From Antechinus flavipes (taxonomy: Eukaryota): 64,000 nt of DNA. Position 1 is the stretch's first letter. Each line of letters begins with the position of its first letter. The position numbers and the translations under genes are program-made. Positions 1 to 10,215 of the stretch are shown here, in pieces. Under the pieces are notes generated by a model. The model did no database searches, had not been told where the DNA came from, and saw only the letters and a list, made by a program, of their open reading frames with translations. The stretch covers positions 38,812,001 to 38,876,000 of the forward strand of contig NC_067403.1 in NCBI RefSeq assembly GCF_016432865.1, given 5' to 3'.

Positions 1-471
1 CTTTCCTGGTCAGTAGAGGGAGCAATTACCAGGTCTTGTGGGATCAAATCCAGGCCTCATTGGCAATCCTGAGGGATTGCCAAACCCAAACCCAAACGGG
101 GACATCATTTGATTTGCTGTCCAATCGGTCAGCAGCAACTTAGAAAACCTTTAGGACCGTTCTTATTGGCCAGGTCACTAAAGCCATTTTCTTTCTGTTG
201 TTTCTGTTCACAAGTGAGCTTTTTATTTAGAAATATGAATGGTGTTCAACTTATGGTAGAGGAACACATTACTTCAATTAGGATTTTTTTTTAAGAGTGG
301 GGATTTGAATTAATTCCAAATAGTTTAGAATTTGATCAGTTATATTCCCAATATAGACCTAGCACCACCAGTGTGATAAATTGTGTAAGTACCACTGTTT
401 CCTACAGTGCTTAAATGAATACCCTTCGTCCTTGTTTGGTAATGTTATTTTGGGGATGTTTTTGTGTTTAG

Positions 472-571
472 GAGGCACACCCTATCCTGGAATGATGGTG
501 GATTCTACTTTCTATAATAAAATCAAAAGTGGATACCGCATGGCCAAACCCGACCACGCCACCAGTGAAGT
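472..571 (+). CDS. PDGFRA: PDGFRA exon 20 (kinase C-lobe), 100 bp
   Basis: Encodes (G)[32 protein letters not shown](V), matching PDGFRA as recalled. Acceptor ttag ends at 471, donor gtaagc starts at 572. Exon number follows the human gene structure. Confidence 0.97.
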
Positions 572-586
572 GTAAGCTTTCTCTGA

Positions 587-868
<282 letters not shown>

Positions 869-1124
869 TGATAACTGACATTTTATGATGTTTTAAAGTT
901 TATAAAGCCCCTAGGCTATATTGTCTCATTTGGCTTTCCTAACCACAATGGGAAAGAACAAGATACAGGGTCACAGAACCTGGCTTTAAATCACTTATAA
1001 CCTTGGTGACCTTGGGAAAAACTTTTAACCCATATCTAAGCTTTTGGTTCCTCATCTGAAAATAAGGGAGTTTCAATAGGATCAGGATTTCTTAAATTTT
1101 TTCCACTTGTGGCCCTTTTTTCTC

Positions 1125-1312
1125 CCTTTTTTTTTAATTAAAACTTTTTATTTTCAAAATATATACATGGATGGTTTACAACATTCACCCTTACAAATTT
1201 TTGTGTTCTAAATTTTTCCCTCCCTTCCTCTCACCTCTTTCTCAAATGGCAAGTAATCCAGTATATGTTAAACATGTGCAATTCTTCTATACATATTTCC
1301 ATAAATACTATG
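1125..1312 (-). mobile_element. L1 3'-end fragment
   Basis: Poly-T then ttttattttcaaaatatatacatgg...cccttacaaatttttgtgttc...gatggcaagtaatcc-like sequence: marsupial L1 3'UTR, antisense. Confidence 0.8.
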
Positions 1313-1315
1313 ATC

Positions 1316-1725
1316 CTTTTTTTATTAAAGCTTTTTATTTTCAAAACATATGCATCGATAATTTTTCAACATTGATCCTTGCATAGCCTTGTGTTCCAAA
1401 TTTTTCCCTCCTTCCCCTCACTTCTTCCCCTAGATGGCAAGTAATCCAATACATGTTAAACTTGTTAAAATATATGTTAAATCCAATATGTGTATACATA
1501 TTTATACAATTATCTTGCTGCACAAGAAAAATCAGATCAAAAAGAAAAAAAACCAGAAAGAAAATAAAATGCAAGTGAACACCAACAAAAAGAGTGAGAA
1601 TGTTATGTTGTGGTCCACATTCAGTTCCCACTATTCTCTCTGGGTGCAGATGGCTCTCTTCATCACAAGATTATTGAAACTGGCCTCAATCATCTCATTG
1701 TTGGAAAGAGACTATCAGAATTGAG
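1316..1725 (-). mobile_element. L1 3'-end fragment (tandem with previous)
   Basis: Same L1 3'UTR motifs, extending to gcacaagaaaaatcagatc...cagatggctctcttcatcacaag. Confidence 0.85.
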
Positions 1726-3384
1726 ATGATCCTTTTTTCAACTGAGAAATTTTTACATGACTCTGGGTATATATAAAATATATATAAAACAGGTAAACAA
1801 ATCAAACATTTACTGATAACATCATAATTTCATGATCCCACATTCTGTCACATGACTCCATGAGGTCATAATCCAAGTTTAAGATATAGATAATTTCTTA
1901 GAAAGCCCCTTCCAGCTGTAGACCCACAATTCTTGGAAGTAAATACCATAGGTGCTATTTTCCCCATTTAATTCAAGAGGACATCTAAGGCTCAATGGTT
2001 TGTCCATGATCATACAGCCAGCAAGTCCTGAGGTATATTGAACTCCAGTTCTTCCTGACTTCCAAAATATAATTTTATAATCACTACACTGTGTGGCCTT
2101 ACATTTTAAAGTGATTATTATGTATAAAGTTTGAAGGGCAGAAAAGTAGGGGAGAGTCCAATGATATGGTTCCTAGTGGTGTGATATTAGAATAAATGGT
2201 GACAAGGGAAGAAGTGTCTGGATTCAGAGGATACTTCTCAGGTCTCAGGTGGAAAGCAGAATTTCCCATTTCCTGTAGGATTTCTCTTTCATCTTTTCTC
2301 CTTCTGTTAGCAACACCTGTAAGTGCTTTATTCCCCAGATGTTTTGTGAGTATTTGAAATGACAATGTTGTTAGCCATCTCAGAGCAGCCACACTTCATT
2401 AAATGGCTAAGCTGAATCCACTTAAATCCATGTAAAACTGGTTTTTACCAAATGTCTTGGAGGATACTATCCATGGCTTGCTGTTACCACACCCGATTCT
2501 TTGTATTATGGGCAGCTTTGTGCAAAGTAGTAAATGCGAATTGCATGGAAGAGATGCTATATACATGAAAGAAACACTCTCTTCATGAGTGCTGAGGCAG
2601 AATTCATAAATACTTATTCAGTCACTCTTTTAATTTCATTATCCAATTTTGGGATTCTTCATACTCTTTGTCCTTTGACCCAGTTTCCTAGCCATTCATG
2701 TACTCAAAGTTACAGTCACCTTTAAACAAGCCCTTTTGCCTTGTCTGTGCTGATCAGCATTTCCATTGGAGGATGATTAGGGGATTAAGAAAGGGAAGAA
2801 CCTAGGCTAGGTCTGTACTACTATTGGCTGCTAGTTCAACTAGAACTATGGTAAGGTCAGAAGTTGAAACTGTTGTGCAGAAGGAACCTCTACTTAGCCA
2901 GGGAATCTGGGACCATTTCCTGATAGAATTCTGCTTTTGACATCCCTGAAAATTTAGGAGTGATTGCCAGAAGGAAGATTTTGGAGGAGCTAAGAGATAA
3001 AGAAGTACCATCACTTTTCATTTCTATTGGGAATTCCCAAGTCATGGAGAGGAGTCATTGTCTTGGTAGAAGGCATTCTCTCTATAACATTAGGGACCCT
3101 CAGTGAAGAAAAGTGAGGGTGAGTGGCAGCAAGTTATCAAGATCTATCAATGAAGGTATCATGATCCAGTAGGTAGAAGTCTTTTTTTTTTTTAACTCTG
3201 CATTTTAGGGGTACTTTATTTCTTTCTGATCTATACTCTGTATCATTAACCTTTGATTCTACCTTATGAATCATCAGTGACAAATGAATTTGAAAGATTG
3301 TTTTTTTAAGTATATTTATTTTTGATTCTATTTTATTTCTACCTGGGTAGAAATACCCAGAAATACATGCCATGGGTAGAGCAC

Positions 3385-3585
3385 TGGACTTGGAGTTAGG
3401 AAGACCTAAATCCAAATATGACCAAAGACACTTTCTTGCTGGCTGATTCAGGCAAATCACTTAACCTCTGTCTGCCTGTTATCTCAACTATAAAATCGGA
3501 ATCACTCACAAGGTTGTTCTGAGAATTAGAGGAGATAATACTTGTTGAGATGTTAGCACATAGTAGGTGCTTCATAAATGAACAT
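3385..3585 (+). mobile_element. MIR-type CORE-SINE with L2-like tail
   Basis: agagcactggacttggagttaggaagacc...ggcaaatcacttaacctctgtctgcc...gcacatagtaggtgcttcataaatg. Confidence 0.75.
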
Positions 3586-3662
3586 TTCCTCCCCTCTCTA
3601 TTTCCCCTTTTTGCAGTTAGGTCAGCAGCACCTGAGTAATGATATGCAATTGTTGTTTGCAG

Positions 3663-3898
3663 AGTTATGAGAAAATCCACCTGGACTTTCTGAAGAGTGA
3701 CCATCCTGCTGTTGCTCGCATGAGAGTGGAGTGTGATAATACTTACATTGGCGTCACCTACAAAAATGAGGACAAGATGAAGGACTGGGAAGGCAGCTAT
3801 GATGAACAACGGTTGAGTGCTGACAGTGGCTATATCATCCCTCTGCCTGACATTGACCCTATCCCTGAAGATGACCTAGGCAAGAGAAACAGACACAG
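3663..3898 (+). CDS. PDGFRA: PDGFRA exon 22 (C-terminal tail), 236 bp
   Basis: Encodes [78 protein letters not shown](S), including the YIGV and YIIP phosphotyrosine motifs. AG at 3661-3662, GT at 3899-3900. Confidence 0.97.
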
Positions 3899-4556
3899 GT
3901 AGGTGTCCCTTCATGGATAATATTATATATGATTGGATTTTGACTTGAGGAGGATGGAAAAAGATAAGAGACAGAGGCCATTTCTTCCATTCATTTTACA
4001 GAGCCCAGAGGAATGAAATGGCTTATCCAGTCATATTCTACATACCTAACCACCTAGAGATTGATGATTTTTGTTTCTAGCTTCATTATTATTATTTCAG
4101 GGGAGGAAGGTATTGGTAAATCAGGGATGTGCAACACATGTATAGCGAGTCATTGGGGAGTTCCAGTGACTGGAGCAGAGGCTCCTGATCACCAACTGTT
4201 GGGTCCCAATGCTCTTCCTTCTTTTTGTCTTCCTTTGGGATGGGCCAATTCTCATTTTCATTTCTACTAGAGCTAACTAAGTAGGGTAGTTGGAGAATTT
4301 ACTGAAATGGATCGATCACTATGGCAACTTGTTTAGAAGCCATGAAGAAAAGTTTAGAAAGAAGAAGTAAATAGAAAGTATAAAATGACTTTGGAGATTG
4401 CCTGTCATTTCATTTATTTGTATAATCCCTATTCTCAATCATTACATCATGACAGGTAATTAGCAGTTTGTTATGCTTTTTGATAAATGCTAATCCAATT
4501 GGGCAGCCAGTGTAATAATAACAAATTTCGGAAGGGCATACCCTATATAACCATAA

Positions 4557-4757
<201 letters not shown>

Positions 4758-4839
4758 TGGTCAAGGATCTAATGGATGTATTCCATTTCTGGAAAGAGAG
4801 GTACTCACCATTCGGTCTAAAAACTTGAACACCCTTCAG

Positions 4840-4848
4840 AAAACCACT
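4840..4848 (+). promoter_or_regulatory. miR-140-5p target site 1
   Basis: AAAACCACT is complementary to miR-140-5p nt 2-10 (AGUGGUUUU). miR-140 regulation of pdgfra is established in vertebrate palate development. Confidence 0.6.
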
Positions 4849-5295
4849 TTATTGCAATGCAAATGATGCAAGGAGATTCAATTTTTTTTTAAAAAAAGGA
4901 GAACCTCCCAGTAAAGAGCCCAGGGACCATCGTGAATACGAATGCGTGAGCTATATTGGAATGGACCTTTTTAGTGTTGCTCCTTGCAATACTCTGATAG
5001 CATCTCAGTATTGATTGCCGAGTTTTTTCTTTTTACCAGATGGATGGACAAAAAGAAAAGGCCATGCAACACCAACTTTGTGGTTCAAGGGCATTTGATG
5101 ACTCTGATGAACAGAATTTTCATCGCATCACGATGCCATCCTTGTAATTATGTAAATAAATATCTGAGGATGTGTTTAGATTTGTATTGAATATATTCTC
5201 TGGACTTCAGAAGAGACCACTTAAAAACATTTATGTACTTCCTCCTTGACAACATCCTGTGTCAGTTGCTGTTGGGCTACCGTGGAAGTACGTGC

Positions 5296-5304
5296 AAAAC
5301 CACT
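5296..5304 (+). promoter_or_regulatory. miR-140-5p target site 2
   Basis: Second AAAACCACT 9-mer in the UTR. Confidence 0.4.
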
Positions 5305-6085
5305 TTTGAAACTTAAAGGAAACCGGTACTATAGCATGTTACCTTTGTTTTTTAATGTTGAATAATAAAGAAGAAAGATAATCATTAACAAACCTTCTTT
5401 TGATAGAACTGGGCTGTTTAGAAGCCTAACAAGTCTTTTACATATTGCTAACTATGTTAATAATAATACGACTACTGTCATCAGTAATTCTAAACGTGTA
5501 ATTTAGAACACATTTCCCTTCAGAGAAAGCACAATTCGGAAACATCAAGAGAAATCCAACAATGAGAATCATCAGCTGTATTAAATAGGTAATGAATTTA
5601 TTGAGTTTGGGGCATTTATATTGAATAACCTCTGGCTATATAAAATAATAGCAGTAGCAGATTAAAGTTAGTTAAACATAGAAGAAAAAACTATGTAGCA
5701 TCACCCAGGCAGTTTCAAGCTCTGGGTTTTTGTTCTTTGTAAAATCATGTACTGAAGAGATTATCTAATCAATTTTACTAAAAAAAATAACCCCTTGAAG
5801 TAATGAAACTTGTAAAGCAGTAAATGTTCCCCTTATGTAAATCTATGCTTGGCCAGCCTTTTAATGGAATATACAATCATCAGTAACAAAGATTCTGACT
5901 GCTGTCATTCTGACATCGTCAGAATCAAAATGTTAATCAGATGAAGTCTTAAAGCCCTGAATAGAACTGGAAACGATCTAAAACCCCTCAGCCTTCTATA
6001 GCATTGCTGGTTGAGGGACTGTGTTATGCATCAGATTATAGAAAGTTGATTTAAGGGTGAATGTGAGCTTTTTTTTAGAGCAGAA

Positions 6086-6086
<1 letters not shown>

Positions 6087-6145
<59 letters not shown>
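6087..6145. repeat. (TG)~29 microsatellite inside the PDGFRA 3'UTR
   Basis: Uninterrupted TG run read directly. Confidence 0.97.
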
Positions 6146-6147
<2 letters not shown>

Positions 6148-6149
6148 CC

Positions 6150-6215
6150 TCGGCGGTCTAGCACAATGCATTGCACATAGTAGGTGCCTAATAAATGTTA
6201 AATTGAACTGAATTG
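6150..6215 (+). mobile_element. L2 3'-end fragment in the 3'UTR
   Basis: gcacatagtaggtgcctaataaatgttaaattgaactgaattg matches the L2 tail. Contains AATAAA at 6190-6195. Confidence 0.7.
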
Positions 6216-7154
6216 AGGAATGGGAGAAAAAAACAAAAATTTGAAATTTGACTATTAGCCAAATAAAAGGGCTGACTTTGGAAGTTTTGATTTCAGATTA
6301 TCATACCGAGTATCTGACAAATTGTATAGTTCTTCTGTATTAACTGATGTCAAGAAAATTAACTTTAGGGTTTTTCCCAGAGTTTCCAGTGATCTATTTA
6401 CTTCTTCCCTCTATAGCAGTTACTGTGATTAGGCCTCAGGTTAACAAAGACATGATAAAAAGAGCCATTTATAGTCTCTTGACATGGATAAACCAATTCA
6501 ACATTTTAAATATGATGGTCGGTTCTATTTTTTTCAAAGTCATTTTGGAATAGGTAGGTTCATTTTTTTGTTACAAAAAATTAATCTTTAAACTATTTGA
6601 ACCAGTTGTGTGTATTGGCTGAGACCATATGAAGGAAACATAGCATGTGGTGATTTGGTGACAAGTTATGTTAGCAGCAGCTAGGTACCTGATTGATGTC
6701 TACTGTCACCATCAGCCTTTCCCTTCCTGGATACTTTTCCTAGTTTGAATCCTGAGCCCATGAAGGCCTGCTAAAAAGGACAAAATAATTGGAGTTTCTA
6801 GAAACCAGTCTGACTTGAAATGCATTTGTGTTTCCAGAATCACAGTTCAAGCCTTCTCTCTTTAGCAACCAGTCACTCATTCTCATGTAGCCTTCTTCCA
6901 ATGATGCTTTTCTGTTTTTGCTCTGCACCTACAATCATGTCTTCTGGCAAAATATATTGAGCTCTTAGACCAGTGGCCCCTGGTCCCATTTGTCAAAAGC
7001 TTAGCTACGATTTCCGATTTGTGGCTTGGAACAATATTCTGTTGCGTGTGTTTTCAAAGTATTGCAAGTTTGTATGTTTGTTTTGTTATGGCTTCCTTGT
7101 GAGAAGCCACCAGAAAGAAAATCGCCAATCCTATCAGCTCTCCGTTTGTATGAT

Positions 7155-7162
7155 GACAATCA
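7155..7162 (+). promoter_or_regulatory. miR-219-5p 8mer site
   Basis: GACAATCA in the distal conserved-looking UTR. PDGFRA is an established miR-219 target in oligodendrocyte differentiation. Confidence 0.6.
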
Positions 7163-7329
7163 AAAGCTAGCCTAAGAAATGCGACTTGTGAGTTTTTAAA
7201 GGTCAATGATTTCCTTAAAATGTGGTCTGACAACTTGTACAAAATGGTCCTGTTTTGTGAAGAGGGACGTAAGATAAGGTGATGTTATACATCCATATGT
7301 ATATATGTATTTCTATATAGACGGAGAAT

Positions 7330-7365
7330 ACTGCCAAAACATTTATGACAAGCTGTATCACTGCC
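7330..7365 (+). promoter_or_regulatory. Paired miR-34/449 seed sites
   Basis: ACTGCCA at 7330-7336 (7mer-A1) and CACTGCC at 7359-7365 (7mer-m8). PDGFRA is a known miR-34a target. Confidence 0.55.
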
Positions 7366-7596
7366 TTTGTTTATATTTTTTGACTGTGATATACCCCACA
7401 GGCACGTTAACTGTTGCACTTTTGAATGTCCAAAAATTATATTTTAGAATAATAAAAAAAGTTCTTTCCAAAAGAATGGCGTGGTGTATTATGTGAGGAG
7501 GTCAAACTTGATTAGGAGAAACTACCGGTATAAGATGAAATACAAATGCCCCATTTTTATTGTTTTAAAATGTACAAATTCAGATCTTTATATTTC

Positions 7597-7602
7597 AATA
7601 AA
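7597..7602 (+). terminator. PDGFRA: Major polyadenylation signal AATAAA of PDGFRA
   Basis: AATAAA inside the terminal conserved-looking UTR block; cleavage expected at ~7620. Confidence 0.8.
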
Positions 7603-9311
7603 TGATATATAATTTAAAGCTATGCTGAAAATCTAGCTTCATTTTTCTAAAGCAAACCACATAAATTATAAAATAAAGCATTAAACTTTAGAGGGAATGG
7701 GATTGTTCAGATTGGGTGCTGGACTTGGAGTTAAGAAATAATCAACAAACACTTATTAAGTGTCCGCTGTGTACCAGGCACTGTGCTAGGTATAATGAAT
7801 GAAATAGTTTCTATGTGAAAGACCCTGACAAGGAGACCTGTGTTCAAATCCCATCTCTAACATTTATTAGCTATGATCACTGACCAAATCACTTGATGTC
7901 TAGGACTTGTAAATGGTTAATCTATCATCTTTTGCATATATTAATATTAGTAATAAAAAAAGCTCAATTTTAACTAGGCTCTAAAATAGTTTTTTTTCCA
8001 AAATTGAACAGAAAACTATTCGACTAAATGAATTTAAAGTTAGATTAAAGTTAGATGGTTTGAGTGATTAAAGATTGTAAAGATTTTTCTCTCAGCCTAG
8101 AGTTTCAGGTTTCTGATATTTGGGGGTGGACTCCCCCAAAGGTGAATTGAGCCATTTCCCAAAAAAAGTTTGACCTAAAAATCATATACAATTTAGCTTT
8201 CCTAAGAAGAATCTCTCATCTTGATGAAAATTCCATTTCAGGCATCTCTTTAGGGATAGCAAAATGTTAGAAATAACTTATTATCATAAGATTATCAATA
8301 AGAATTAATACGGTCAAAAGACAGTTGGACTTAGCAGGCAAGACTTGGTGCTTCAGATTAAAATCCCAGCTCCCTGGGCAATATCACTAAACCCACTCCC
8401 CTATAAAGCAGGGCCAGTACTTGGATGGCCTATTTCAGGGCTATGAAGGGAGAGCTGAAGCTTTGAAGTACTATATAAATCTGAATTATATGAAATTCTT
8501 GATTACTTATGAGTAGATTTCTTGTTTTATATTTAGGGCATTTCCCCAGCTGCAAGAGCCACAGCTGACCAAGAAGATAATGATGTGAAAATCTAGACAT
8601 GGATCTCAGTGTCCTACAATATTCCAAAATCAAATAACAAATGATTTGGATTCTATGGGTTTTTTAAATTATATATGCCTCATCTAGCTTCCTACATGTT
8701 TGACTAAATGAGACATGACCACATTGTTCATCAAATCCAAAAGCCCTTCATTTCTGTAACAAGCCTTGTTCTACAAATTGAATAAATAGCCTGTGGGTCA
8801 GATCCTGCCCTTTACATCCAGGAAGATTCCAACAGTAGAAGTTTGCAGAAACAGAAGATGAAGTGATTAGAAACCCTGTAAAGAATTCTCATTGGCCCAT
8901 TATAGACAGAAATAATAGCTCACTTACATTCATAAAATTGTTGATCCAGGGCTGGAAGGTACCTTTGAGGATAGTCTAGCACAACCGCTTATAGATGAGC
9001 CAGTAAGACCCAGAAAAATTGTCTTCCTGAGGTCCCCCAGGGATTTGGATCTCTAACCTGACTATAAACCTTGCTTTCTTCCTACTCAATAAGTACTGAA
9101 TGAGCTTCAACTCCTGCCAACTTAGTTTTCCAAGAATTTTCAGTGAGATCTTTGTGGCTCAATTCAGATGCCTACCTGCTCCTCTTGGACTGACACTTTG
9201 GTAACATGTTTTCCAGTCCATTGATCGCAATACCTCAAGCTTTTATACTTCATTTAACTTCCTCAGACAGCTTTCACATCAATTAGCACATTAAATCCTT
9301 CAAGGAGGATC

Positions 9312-9490
9312 ATCTCCAGTCGTGCTGATCTATATCTTGCCACTGGATCCAGATGGCTCTGGAGGAAAAAGTGAGGCTGGTTTTGTACACTTAAATCCCA
9401 TTCCCTTGGATGTCATGGCATCATAAATCCAATTCACTTGGACGTCATGGCCATTTTCCTAGAGAGAGACCGAAGGATAAAGAACAACAA
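9312..9490. mobile_element. Marsupial RTE-related SINE (WALLSI/MdoRep1-like; name uncertain)
   Basis: ccagtcgtgctgatctatatcttgccactggatccagatggctctggagg. Homologous copies at 34340-34515 (same strand) and 45362-45525 (opposite strand). Confidence 0.6.
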
Positions 9491-9844
9491 AGAATCCTTC
9501 AGGACAGATGGGATGGGTCATGTACAGGTGAAGAAACTGAGACATAGACATGTTAAGTCAGCTGCCATTGGAATGCTACTAATAGAACTGAATTAGAATT
9601 GAAATCCTCTGATTCAGGACTGTAAATGATAATTTGGCTCCTGTGGCAAACGGAAGGGAGGCGACACTCGGGAGGGTTGCACCTTGGGCCTCAGAAAACA
9701 AAATTCTGGGTAACTTGTTATGGGAGAGATCCCAGAACTTACTAGGACTAATGTTGAGAAGACCCCTAGGGCAACAGCTGGACAGTCTCACCCACTCAAG
9801 TGTAGTCATGGGGGAGCAAAGGATGGCCCATTCCTAGACCTTTT

Positions 9845-10066
9845 AAAAAAATTTATTATTATAGCTTTTTATTTACAAGATATATGCATAGGTAATTTTT
9901 CAGCATTGACCCTTGCAAAACCTTCTTTTCCAACTTTTTCCCTCCTTCTTTCCACCCTTTCCCCTGGATGGCAGGTAGTCCCATACATGTTAAATATGTT
10001 AAAGTATATGTTAAATACAACACATGTATACATATTTATACAATTATCTTGTTGCACAAGAAAAAT
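9845..10066 (-). mobile_element. Young 5'-truncated L1 with 16-bp TSD
   Basis: L1 3'UTR antisense. TSD cattcctaga(c/t)ctttt at 9829-9844 and 10067-10082. Confidence 0.9.
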
Positions 10067-10082
10067 CATTCCTAGATCTTTT

Positions 10083-10215
10083 TAATGTCATATACCTTTT
10101 GGGCACTCTGGTGAAGCCCAGAGACCCATTCTCAGGATTGAAAGAAATGATAAATTTCAATTAGAGTTTAGAAAAAATGTGACTGTGGATCATGATGTCA
10201 AATTAAGAACCTCTG
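10083..10215. mobile_element. hAT MITE remnant
   Basis: ctttgggcactctggtgaagcccagagacccattctcag...aaattaagaacctctg; the end resembles a Charlie-type TIR. Confidence 0.45.

Larger units (their letters stand above)
1083..1890. mobile_element. hAT/Charlie-like MITE split by two L1 fragments (PDGFRA intron 21)
   Basis: Left part caggatttcttaaattttttccacttgtggcc (1083-1115) resumes at ~1734 (tttttcaactgagaaatttttacatgac...agtttaaga). ccttttttc flanks both sides of the L1 block (possible TSD). The reverse-complement end of the same family is at 50425-50475. Confidence 0.6.
4758..7620 (+). other. PDGFRA: PDGFRA 3'UTR (~2.9 kb)
   Basis: Follows the stop codon. Blocks such as cagaaaaccactttattgcaatgc (4838-4860) and the distal ~7140-7620 segment ending tatatttcaataaatgatatataatttaaag closely resemble the human PDGFRA 3'UTR as recalled. 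Confidence 0.85.
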
